64,000 bases of DNA from contig JACVGT010000007.1 of NCBI GenBank assembly GCA_018992685.1, positions 32,001 to 96,000 of the forward strand, read 5' to 3'. Of this stretch, positions 1-8,368 are shown one piece after another. Made by a program: the position numbers and the translations under genes. How positions within the stretch are numbered: position 1 is the first letter of the stretch; every line of letters begins with the position of its first letter. Origin of the DNA: Theionarchaea archaeon (GTDB lineage: Archaea; Methanobacteriota_B; Thermococci; Methanofastidiosales; SZ-28-30). The notes beneath the pieces are model-generated. The model did no database searches, had not been told where the DNA came from, and was given only the letters and a program-made list of their open reading frames with translations.

Positions 1-189
1 CTTCAGCCCTGAGCCCGTTCCGCCCATTTCAGGATCGAAGAACAGACATACATCCATTCGAGAGCGGCTACACCCTGATCCACGTTCTCGGCATCCGCAG
101 TTGGAAACCCAAAACCTTTCCTGGTGCGCTATTATTTCGCGTGCTTCATCTCTGGTGCAAACAAAATGAAAATGCAAATCTTCGTTCAT
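1..189 (-). CDS. Partial (runs off window) Cys-rich putative Fe-S/ferredoxin-domain protein
   Basis: Read manually: MNEDLHFHFVCTRDEAREIIAHQERFWVSNCGCRERGSGCSRSRMDVCLFF...; CxCR...C...C pattern; follows the Fpg-like gene on the same strand. Confidence 0.55.
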   Translation of the reverse strand, partial: MNEDLHFHFVCTRDEAREIIAHQERFWVSNCGCRERGSGCSRSRMDVCLFFDPEMGGTGSGLK

Positions 190-225
190 AATGCCTTTCA
201 TCTCCTACTGCTTCATAAAGATTTG

Positions 226-1035
226 TCACTGCTGGCAAGATGGACACAGATACGTGGTAGAACCCAGAACATTCATTTTCTCAATGGACGTGCCACACAC
301 AGGACAGGCTCTTCCCAGACTGTGAGCGCCCAGAACCTTATGGTATCCTCCTGAATTTCCATACAGGTCAGTAATATCATCTTTTCCTCCCGATATTACA
401 GCATCAGTGATTATTTCTCTTATTGTGGTATAGAGTGTTCTCTTCTCCTTCTCGGTGAGATCTCTTGCCTTTCTTTTTGGATGTACTCCCGCCCTGAATA
501 CAATTTCTTGAAAATAGCCATTGCCTAATCCTGCAAGGATACTCTGATTCAGGAGAATGGCTTTCACGATCTTGACACCATTCTGCTCAAGGATCTCATT
601 GAAGGATTCAATCGTGAACGTGGTGTCAAGAGGGGAAATCCCCAATACTCCTGGATACTTGAACGTTCCCAGTTCATCCTTTTGAACTACTCGCAGAAAA
701 CTCATTCCATGGTTGCGAATGGTCAGTACTGTCCTGTCGGAAAAATCCACTCTCAGAGTGTAGACCTGGGGGATAGTTCCCGTGGTAGCATGGTATAGTA
801 CATGCCCAGTGTGTTCGCCAACCTGCAAATACGTTTCAGAGGACATTTTCACAGAAATCCATTTTCCTTTTCCTTCAACTGACTCAATAGTCTTTCCGGT
901 TAATGCAGCTTCGAAATCCTTCTTTGGCAGGTTGAAGTATCCCTTCTCGTTGAAATCAGCACTCTTTATCGTTTTTCCTATTAGTTCCTTATTCATTTGC
1001 TGGACCAACGCTAGTATGTCTGGCAACTCATACAG
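226..1035 (-). CDS. Fpg/Nei family DNA glycosylase (H2TH plus C-terminal zinc finger)
   Basis: ELPD near N-terminus, GKGKW, LLNQSILAGLGNGY (H2TH), CPVC...CPSCQ zinc finger; start uncertain (CTG 1035 or TTG 1026). Confidence 0.85.
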   Translation of the reverse strand: MYELPDILALVQQMNKELIGKTIKSADFNEKGYFNLPKKDFEAALTGKTIESVEGKGKWISVKMSSETYLQVGEHTGHVLYHATTGTIPQVYTLRVDFSDRTVLTIRNHGMSFLRVVQKDELGTFKYPGVLGISPLDTTFTIESFNEILEQNGVKIVKAILLNQSILAGLGNGYFQEIVFRAGVHPKRKARDLTEKEKRTLYTTIREIITDAVISGGKDDITDLYGNSGGYHKVLGAHSLGRACPVCGTSIEKMNVLGSTTYLCPSCQQ

Positions 1036-1602
1036 GAAGCATACCTCCCTCTTCTCCTTAGGTGATTACGTCTCATCCCTTCCTCAGGGAGATTGTATGA
1101 GCATATGGGTCATCCTATTTATACTTTCCTTCAAGATACCGCCTTTCCTGACTTATTCTTCTTCCCAGTGGGAATCTGAGACTCTCATCACACGCTATCC
1201 ATCGCTTTCCGCGTTCCTTCAATACGTAACCAATTCCCCCCCAACCTGACATCTTACGGGAAGAGAGCATACTGTTTCGGAAGGCTCTCTGAATCTTTTG
1301 CAGATAGTTCTTCGGTTCCAAGTTTCGACCTCTTACTCGTGTTATACACCTCCTTACTTGGCACATTTCTTTGTGCAGTGCTTTTGCTCTATAACAGGCA
1401 GAGATTCCTCTTATATAAATTCTTCGATAGATTCGTTACAATTCGCACTGACAGAAAGATCTTATATGGGAATGACTCATAAACCGTTGAGCTGCAATTA
1501 TTCCAGGTACATATCTCATTCTATTACGGAGTTCTGGCAGGGGCATAATTCACGCAAATTCTATGTCTGCGAACGGAAGGAATACAAGCATGAATGGAAA
1601 CC

Positions 1603-1679
1603 TTTATATATTCACATACACATATAAAATCAATATTCGATGTGAATAATTAATGTGATAGATAACAATCTCATGAGAT
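1603..1679 (+). promoter_or_regulatory. TATA box with downstream inverted repeat and palindrome (candidate promoter/operator of the oxidoreductase operon)
   Basis: TTTATATA 1603-1610; TATTCACAT (1609-1617) and ATGTGAATA (1640-1648) perfect 9-bp inverted repeat; ATCTCATGAGAT 12-bp palindrome 1668-1679. Confidence 0.5.
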
Positions 1680-1744
1680 GAAAAAAGTGCAGATGAGCTG
1701 GATTCATTCTCATGGTTGATATCTGCACAACTAAAGGTGATAAT

Positions 1745-2290
1745 ATGTCCAAGAAAGGAGGAAAGAAAGTGCTTGGAATTGTAGGAAGTCCACATCTTGA
1801 AGGAAATACTGATAGGCTTGTAGCAGCAGTCCTGAAAGGCGCAGAGGAAGCCGGCGCTGAAACGGAAAAAATCATACTCAATACGCTGGAGATTTCTCCC
1901 TGCCAGGCCTGCAACACCTGTCACAAGACTGGTCGGTGTGTGCAGGAAGACGACATGCTCACAGTTCTGGACAAGATGGAGCGGAGTCATGTGTGGGTCT
2001 TGGGTACTCCGGTCTACTGGTGGGGACCTTCTGCACAGTTCAAAGCCTTTCTGGATCGATGGTATGGTGTTGATCGGGCAGTTTTCAAAGATAAGAGTGC
2101 TGTCATCGTAATTACTCTGGGGGGCAGTGAAAGTTATGCAAAGTACACCGTGGGGATCTTGACAAGTGTTCTTCCATATCTTAATATTGAACACATTGGA
2201 ACAGTGCTTGCTCCCGGGGGCATACCTGGTACCCCCCACATACTGGAAAAGGCTTTTCACGTCGGGCTAGAATCCATTGAGAGGCGGTGA
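1745..2290 (+). CDS. Iron-sulfur flavoprotein / NADPH-dependent FMN reductase (flavodoxin family)
   Basis: VLGIVGSP...GNT, CQACNTC...C..EDDM, LGTPVYW motifs. Confidence 0.88.
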   Translation: MSKKGGKKVLGIVGSPHLEGNTDRLVAAVLKGAEEAGAETEKIILNTLEISPCQACNTCHKTGRCVQEDDMLTVLDKMERSHVWVLGTPVYWWGPSAQFKAFLDRWYGVDRAVFKDKSAVIVITLGGSESYAKYTVGILTSVLPYLNIEHIGTVLAPGGIPGTPHILEKAFHVGLESIERR

Positions 2291-2294
2291 TCAC

Positions 2295-3467
2295 GTGCTC
2301 TGCAGAATGCTGGGAAGTACTGGAATAAGAACATCTATTCTGGGATTTGGATGCATGCGGCTGCCAACTGTGGCCTGGGATAAGGCAGAAATAGCCGAAA
2401 AGGAAGCAATTAAGATTATCAGAAAAGGAATTGACAATGGGATAACCTATGTTGATACTGCAGAGCCCTACCACATGGGTGAGAGTGAAATAGTACTGGG
2501 CAAGGCACTCAAGGACGGATACAGGGATAGAATCACTCTAGCTACCAAGTCTCCAGTATGGAAAGACGACTTTGATAGACCCGATCAGTTTGAGAACTAT
2601 TTGAACCTTCAGCTCAAACGGTTGGGCGTGGATTATGTTGACATATACCTTTTTCATTCTCTCAACCAGAACTTATGGAAGGAAAAAGTTCTGGAGTTCG
2701 ATCTCATTGAAAGAGCAGAAAAAGCAAGGGATGAAGGAAAGATCAGGCATATAGGGTTCTCTTTCCATGACAGTCCTGAGGTCTTGAAAGAGATCATTGA
2801 TTCCAATGCATTCAAAGTCATGCTGGTTCAATACAACATCCTCAATCCTGTAAATGAAGAAATGATCTCCTATGCTGCGGAAAAGGGTCTCGGAGTGGCA
2901 ATCATGGGTTCAGTTGCTGGCGGCCGCCTGGCGGGTGAACCTCCAGCTGAAATGCGTCAATGGCTGAGCACAGGCAGGAAGAATTTTGTGGATCTGGCAT
3001 TGAAATTCGTGTGGACCCACCCTAATGTCTCGGTCGCTCTCTCTGGCATGGGTTCTGAACAGATGGTTGATGACAACCTGGGCATTGCTTCGGGTAGCTC
3101 GTGTACGTTGAGTCCAAAGGAGACGGAAATTGCTCAAGACATCAGACAGAAATTCAAAGAACTGACGAACAATATCTGCACAACCTGCGAATACTGCATA
3201 CCCTGCCCAAATGAAGTCAATATTCCCTTTATTTTTACAGCACTCATGTATTACCAGGTCTACAGCCAGAAAGAAAGAGCTCGCCTGTATTACAAGAACA
3301 TAGGGAATGTTGAGGCGTACTATCCTCCGGGAAAAGATGCTACCGGTTGTGTTGAATGTGGAGAATGTGAAAAGAAGTGCCCTCAGAAGATTTCGATTAT
3401 AGAACAGCTGAAGAAAGCACATCAGATTCTCAGCGAAGATGAAATCGAACGGAGAGATGAAAAATGA
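2295..3467 (+). CDS. Aldo/keto reductase with C-terminal 4Fe-4S dicluster
   Basis: LGFGCMRLP, YVDTAEPY, LATK, GKIRHIGFSFH; CTTCEYCIPCP and CVECGECEKKCP. Confidence 0.92.
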   Translation: MLCRMLGSTGIRTSILGFGCMRLPTVAWDKAEIAEKEAIKIIRKGIDNGITYVDTAEPYHMGESEIVLGKALKDGYRDRITLATKSPVWKDDFDRPDQFENYLNLQLKRLGVDYVDIYLFHSLNQNLWKEKVLEFDLIERAEKARDEGKIRHIGFSFHDSPEVLKEIIDSNAFKVMLVQYNILNPVNEEMISYAAEKGLGVAIMGSVAGGRLAGEPPAEMRQWLSTGRKNFVDLALKFVWTHPNVSVALSGMGSEQMVDDNLGIASGSSCTLSPKETEIAQDIRQKFKELTNNICTTCEYCIPCPNEVNIPFIFTALMYYQVYSQKERARLYYKNIGNVEAYYPPGKDATGCVECGECEKKCPQKISIIEQLKKAHQILSEDEIERRDEK

Positions 3468-4516
3468 AAACCATTGTCTTGGGTAAGACTGGACTGGAAG
3501 TGTCCAGAGTCGGGATAGGTGGCATTCCTCTGAACCGTCCCTCCGAAGAGAAGGCAATCAAGGTGGTGCAGCGTGCTCTGGACCTGGGAGTCAATTTCAT
3601 CGACACTGCCAATGGATATTCAGAGAGTGAGAATCGCATCGGAAAGGCAATATCAGGACGCCGAGAAGAAGTAATCATAGCAACCAAGACAGGAAGACGG
3701 GATAAGGACGCAGCACTACAGGAACTGGAAGTCAGCCTAGAGAGGCTTCGCACTGATTATATTGATATCTGGCAGTTTCACGGTATCAACACTGCTGCGA
3801 TTCTGGAAAAAGTGTTAGAACCGGGTGGAGCAATGGAAGGAGCACAGGTTGCGTTGAGGAAAGGTAAAGTCAGGCATATTGGATTCAGCAGCCACAATCT
3901 GGAGATCGCTATGAAAGCGGTAAGTTCTGGTCAGTTTGAGACGGTTCAATTCCCCCTCAACTTCGTCTCCGATGAAGCTGCACCAAGTTTGGTCCCGCTG
4001 GCGAGGCAGGAAGACATGGGATTCATTGCAATGAAGCCATTTGCTGGAGGAAGGATACGAGATGCTGATCTTGCCATCAAATATCTGCTCCAATTTGACA
4101 CTGTTGTTCCAGATCCGGGTGTTCAGAAAGTCGAGGAAATTGAAGAAATTGTTGGAATTGTGGACAGTGAGTCATGGGAAGTGTCATCTCAGGACTTAGA
4201 AAGAATAGAAAGCATTCGTGAGAAAGTAGGGAAAAGATTCTGCCGGCAGTGCACCTACTGTATGCCCTGTCCTCAGGAGGTCTTCATATGTGGTGTCCTG
4301 TACTTGCCGATTTTGTGGGAGCTGTGGCCGTCTGATTGGTTTTTTAACTGGGACTACGTTAACCATTCGGTGAAAAGTGCGAAGAACTGCATAAGATGTG
4401 GCGAATGCGAAGAAAAATGCCCGTACTTATTGCCTATCAGAGAAATGATCGAGGAGAGTGTCAATTTCTTCGAACAGAAGGCAAGAGAGTATAATAGGAA
4501 GGAGATTAAGAACTAG
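3464..4516 (+). CDS. Aldo/keto reductase with C-terminal 4Fe-4S dicluster
   Basis: LGKTGLEVS, FIDTANGY, IATK, GFIAMKP; CRQCTYCMPCP and CIRCGECEEKCP. Confidence 0.92.
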   Translation: MKTIVLGKTGLEVSRVGIGGIPLNRPSEEKAIKVVQRALDLGVNFIDTANGYSESENRIGKAISGRREEVIIATKTGRRDKDAALQELEVSLERLRTDYIDIWQFHGINTAAILEKVLEPGGAMEGAQVALRKGKVRHIGFSSHNLEIAMKAVSSGQFETVQFPLNFVSDEAAPSLVPLARQEDMGFIAMKPFAGGRIRDADLAIKYLLQFDTVVPDPGVQKVEEIEEIVGIVDSESWEVSSQDLERIESIREKVGKRFCRQCTYCMPCPQEVFICGVLYLPILWELWPSDWFFNWDYVNHSVKSAKNCIRCGECEEKCPYLLPIREMIEESVNFFEQKAREYNRKEIKN

Positions 4517-4535
4517 CACATAAGGAGGTTTGTAA

Positions 4536-5081
4536 ATGAACATGATTGAGAGAAAAGTCAGGTACTTCCCGAATTATGGAGCACAGAATACAGATCAAGT
4601 CATTGAAATTGTAAAGAATCGAGCAACAGAGGGTGATGTGAGGACAGTCGTGGTTGCCAGCACTTCTGGAGAAACGGGTGTCAAATTTTTAAGAGAACTC
4701 GGAGACATTGCAGCTGTTGTCGTCGTCTCACACGAGAAAATGAATCCCACCCACAAACAGCGCATTACTGAACTGGGTGGTATCGCACTGGACACGACTC
4801 ATCTACCTCTGCACACGCCAGGAATGGATCCTATCAGAGAGGCGTTTCGAACTCTTGGCCAAGGATTTAAAGTCGCAGTCGAAGTTATTCTTATTGCTTC
4901 CGACAAAGGAGAAGTTGCCGTGTACGAAGACGTTATTGGGGTAGGCGGAACTGGCCGAGGGGAAGACACTGCAATACTTGCCAGAGCAACCCCCACCCAA
5001 GATGCATTTGGCAGTGATGAGACGAAGAAACTGGAAATCAGGGAAATCCTTGCCATGCCACTGAAGAAGAAATGGTGGTAG
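4536..5081 (+). CDS. Pyruvate kinase C-terminal alpha/beta domain-like protein (MTH1675-like)
   Basis: YF..G..NT, VVVASTSGETG, GQGFKVAVE, GGTGRGEDTA, IREILAMP; RBS AGGAGGT. Confidence 0.8.
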   Translation: MNMIERKVRYFPNYGAQNTDQVIEIVKNRATEGDVRTVVVASTSGETGVKFLRELGDIAAVVVVSHEKMNPTHKQRITELGGIALDTTHLPLHTPGMDPIREAFRTLGQGFKVAVEVILIASDKGEVAVYEDVIGVGGTGRGEDTAILARATPTQDAFGSDETKKLEIREILAMPLKKKWW

Positions 5082-5095
5082 GAGAGGGTGCTGCA

Positions 5096-6310
5096 ATGCA
5101 ATACCGGGCATTTGGCAGGCTAGATTGGAGGGTATCTGCTCTTGGATTCGGGTGCATGAGACTCCCCTATCAGGAAGGAGACTATCGACGTATACGTGAA
5201 CCTGAAGCAACCCAGATGATTCACTATGCCATTGATCACGGAGTTAACTACGTGGATACTGCCTATAATTACCATGATGGGAACAGTGAGCGATTCCTCG
5301 GTCGGGCATTGAGAGGGGGGTATCGAGAGAAGGTCAAGCTTGCCACCAAGATGTTTCCTTTGTCCATTAAAGAATATGACGATTTTGACAGATTGCTCAG
5401 CGAACAATTGGAGAGACTGCAGACTGGTTACGTGGACTTCTACCTCCTACACGGGATGAATCACAGATGGTGGCCAAGGCTTCGTGATCTGGGAGTGCTG
5501 GACTGGGCCGAAGGAGCAGCTGATGATGGACGTATTAGGCATCTTGGGTTCTCCTTCCATGACGAATTTCCAACCTTCAAGGAGATAGTCGACGCCTATA
5601 GCAAATGGACCTTATGCCAGATACAGTACAACTACATGGACACAGAGCATCAAGCAGGCACCAAGGGTCTCAGGTATGCTGCATCCAAGGGGCTGGCAGT
5701 TGTCATCATGGAACCTCTGCTGGGGGGTTGGCTTGCACATGCTCCCCAAGAAACTGAAAAATTACTGGATACAGCACTTAAGACCCGTACTCCAGCCGAA
5801 TGGGGATTGCAGTGGCTATGGAATCACCCCGAAGTGTCAGTGGTGCTCAGCGGAATGAGCACGATGAACCAGGTTGAGGAAAATGTGGTCAGCGCGGACA
5901 GATCTAACACCAACCACTTGTCTGAAAGAGAGCTCGCGCTTGTGGATCAACTGCGGACAGCATTCCAGAAACTCAGTCCCATCCCATGTACAGGATGTGG
6001 CTATTGTAAGCCGTGCCCCAACAACGTTGACATCCCCTATAACTTCAAGCTATTCAATGATGGCGTGATGTATGAAAGAGAGAGTTTCTGGAGGGCCCGT
6101 CGGTGGTATCGCTTCATGAAAGAGGGGCTCAAGGGAGATTATCATTGCGAAAGAGGACAGGCTGGCACATGTGTTCAGTGCCAGGAATGTGAAGCCAAAT
6201 GTCCGCAGAGCATTCCCATCAGTCGGTTGATGCCAGTTGTCCACCAGGTGCTGGGTGAGGACATGCCGTACAGCAGCGTGAATCTGGAGAATCTCATGTT
6301 GCAGAAATAA
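5096..6310 (+). CDS. Aldo/keto reductase with C-terminal 4Fe-4S dicluster
   Basis: LGFGCMRLP, YVDTAYNY, IMEPLLGG; CTGCGYCKPCP and CVQCQECEAKCP. Confidence 0.92.
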   Translation: MQYRAFGRLDWRVSALGFGCMRLPYQEGDYRRIREPEATQMIHYAIDHGVNYVDTAYNYHDGNSERFLGRALRGGYREKVKLATKMFPLSIKEYDDFDRLLSEQLERLQTGYVDFYLLHGMNHRWWPRLRDLGVLDWAEGAADDGRIRHLGFSFHDEFPTFKEIVDAYSKWTLCQIQYNYMDTEHQAGTKGLRYAASKGLAVVIMEPLLGGWLAHAPQETEKLLDTALKTRTPAEWGLQWLWNHPEVSVVLSGMSTMNQVEENVVSADRSNTNHLSERELALVDQLRTAFQKLSPIPCTGCGYCKPCPNNVDIPYNFKLFNDGVMYERESFWRARRWYRFMKEGLKGDYHCERGQAGTCVQCQECEAKCPQSIPISRLMPVVHQVLGEDMPYSSVNLENLMLQK

Positions 6311-6459
6311 TACACCTGGCTATCCCGATTCGTAGATATGTGAATGCGTCTCACTCCCCTCCATGGGACAGTTTTTTTTGAGGTGCTGCAGTGCTGCCTC
6401 TCTCAAGAAAGGTGTGGTTTACTTCCAAGAAGAACTACCCTCTTTTCACGTGACATCAC

Positions 6460-7200
6460 CTACAAGAAAAGTGCTTCCATTTCCTTTTTCTTTTCGCTTT
6501 CCAGGTATTTTACTGCCTTCCTGATGAGCAACCTTGATATTCTGTCCTTCTTTTCACCCTGTGATTCGAGAAACGTGACTAGTAGATCAGGATGATGCTT
6601 TCCTATCGTCTTCAACCCCCACCCAATCCCCTTGACCACGTCCACCTGTTTTTCTGTGATATGAGGTTCAAGCGCGTCAAGCAACTTCCGAGTCTTCTCC
6701 GGCTGGTCCACTACCCGTTTGCTGAAAAAGTGGATGGCTACCCCCATACTTCGTTTTACCCATCTGTTCTCATCATCAAGGTATCTTTCAAGCCAGGGTA
6801 ACATCTCGTCGAAATGATTGACCACTGCGTGGCCCAGGCTGCGTTCTCCAATTATATCGCAAACGTACCACGTATCTCCCCTTATGATATATTCCTTGCT
6901 TTTTCTCATGACAGATTCCAGATGCGAAGGCAGAAACCAGATCAGAGCTTGACTGACAACGACATAGCTTCCCATGGTGTTGTACCTGATAATTTCATCA
7001 AATGCCGCAAAGAGTTTTTTGTGCTCATTAACACCCAATTGGCCAATCTGTTTTCCCAGCAGATCCAGTCTCGAAAAAGGGCACTTCTCATCCAGGATTG
7101 GTTTGAGAGCGTCAAGAGCGACATCATATTCTTCACAGAGACAGGCTTCGAGAACCTGGTGAGCTATGGTTTCAATCCTCTCTCGGGGCAGATGACTCAT
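6460..7200 (-). CDS. AlkD-like DNA alkylation repair protein (HEAT repeats)
   Basis: WYVCD, DENRWVKRS, KGIGWGLK motifs. Confidence 0.75.
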   Translation of the reverse strand: MSHLPRERIETIAHQVLEACLCEEYDVALDALKPILDEKCPFSRLDLLGKQIGQLGVNEHKKLFAAFDEIIRYNTMGSYVVVSQALIWFLPSHLESVMRKSKEYIIRGDTWYVCDIIGERSLGHAVVNHFDEMLPWLERYLDDENRWVKRSMGVAIHFFSKRVVDQPEKTRKLLDALEPHITEKQVDVVKGIGWGLKTIGKHHPDLLVTFLESQGEKKDRISRLLIRKAVKYLESEKKKEMEALFL

Positions 7201-7581
7201 GTCATAGTACCCCTCTCCACCAATTTAAACTCTTTCTGACAGCGAAGCAGGCGGCCTCAGAGTTCATCCGCACGTACTCCCGAGATAGAACGAGGTGCAA
7301 TCACTGTTTTGACCTAAAATCCTCATAGGTGTGGGTCTTCGGGGAGTTTTCTCTTTTTGTGAGTATCTCAGGACGAATGAAAACCTTTTTAAATTACTCC
7401 AATTAAGGTACCATAAGCATAGCTGTTGCACACGGTGATGTAATGAAAGGCACAGAGGCGGGTTCTTCTGAGGGAACAGAAAAGAGAAGACATCACCTAT
7501 ATAGTATTGAGATGCGCACAATATCTGCCTTATATCACGTCAACCGGAGTGTCCGGATTGTACAGAGAAAGAGGGATTCCA

Positions 7582-8358
7582 ATGGAAATAATGACCAGGA
7601 TAAAACCGAATTCGGCCCGGATGTGGGATTATATCATGGGCGGAGCCCACAATTTCGCCATAGATAGGACTGCAGTGAAACTGGCCAGGACTCTGTATCC
7701 CCACTATGAAGAGTCAATGCGTGCACAGAGACGGTTTCTTCAGCGGGCAGTAACCTTTATGGTCAAGGAGAAGAACCTGAGGAATATCCTGGATTTCGGG
7801 TCAGGGCTTCCCACCAGGGGGAATGTGCATGAACTTGTCCGAAAGATCAATCCCAAGACAAAAGTCATCTACTCTGATAGAGACCCCATTGCTGTTGCTT
7901 TTGGCCAGGAAATTCTGGGAGATATCCCCAATGTTCGGTATGTGTATTGTGATGTGGAAGAGCCCCATACACTCCTTGATTCTCCAGTCATTCCTGAAAT
8001 GTTCGGAGATAGCCGTCGTATGGGTATTGGGTTTGTGGGTGTCTTCCTGTATGTACCTGATGAACCTCTGGAGCGCTTCTTTGATCTTATGTATGAATGG
8101 GTGGACAAGGGCAGCTATATTGCAGTGTCAAGTGCTGGTCTCAAAGTCAGTGAGGTAGAAGGGGTGAACGAGGCTTCCAAGAAAATGGATATGCGGTTCT
8201 ATGCACGTTCCGAGGAAAAGACTATTGATATCATCAAACCATGGAAACTGACTCAGGAGGGCCTGGCCAAAGGGTTCTACTGGGGACTTCCTGATGATTC
8301 GCCGGAAATAAATGAAGACATAAGTAAACTCAGTTATACCTTTGTTGCTTACAAATGA
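7582..8358 (+). CDS. SAM-dependent methyltransferase, Methyltransf_19 (actinobacterial-type) family
   Basis: PNSARMWDYIMGGAHNFAIDR, LDFGSGLPTRGNVHE, VIYSDRDP family signatures. Confidence 0.85.
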   Translation: MEIMTRIKPNSARMWDYIMGGAHNFAIDRTAVKLARTLYPHYEESMRAQRRFLQRAVTFMVKEKNLRNILDFGSGLPTRGNVHELVRKINPKTKVIYSDRDPIAVAFGQEILGDIPNVRYVYCDVEEPHTLLDSPVIPEMFGDSRRMGIGFVGVFLYVPDEPLERFFDLMYEWVDKGSYIAVSSAGLKVSEVEGVNEASKKMDMRFYARSEEKTIDIIKPWKLTQEGLAKGFYWGLPDDSPEINEDISKLSYTFVAYK

Positions 8359-8368
8359 GGTAGATGAC

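Noticed and set aside
1058-1600. Short ORFs (1115-1366, 1298-1627) between Fpg and the flavoprotein
   Set aside because: No motifs or clear RBS; probably intergenic or decayed sequence that I cannot assign
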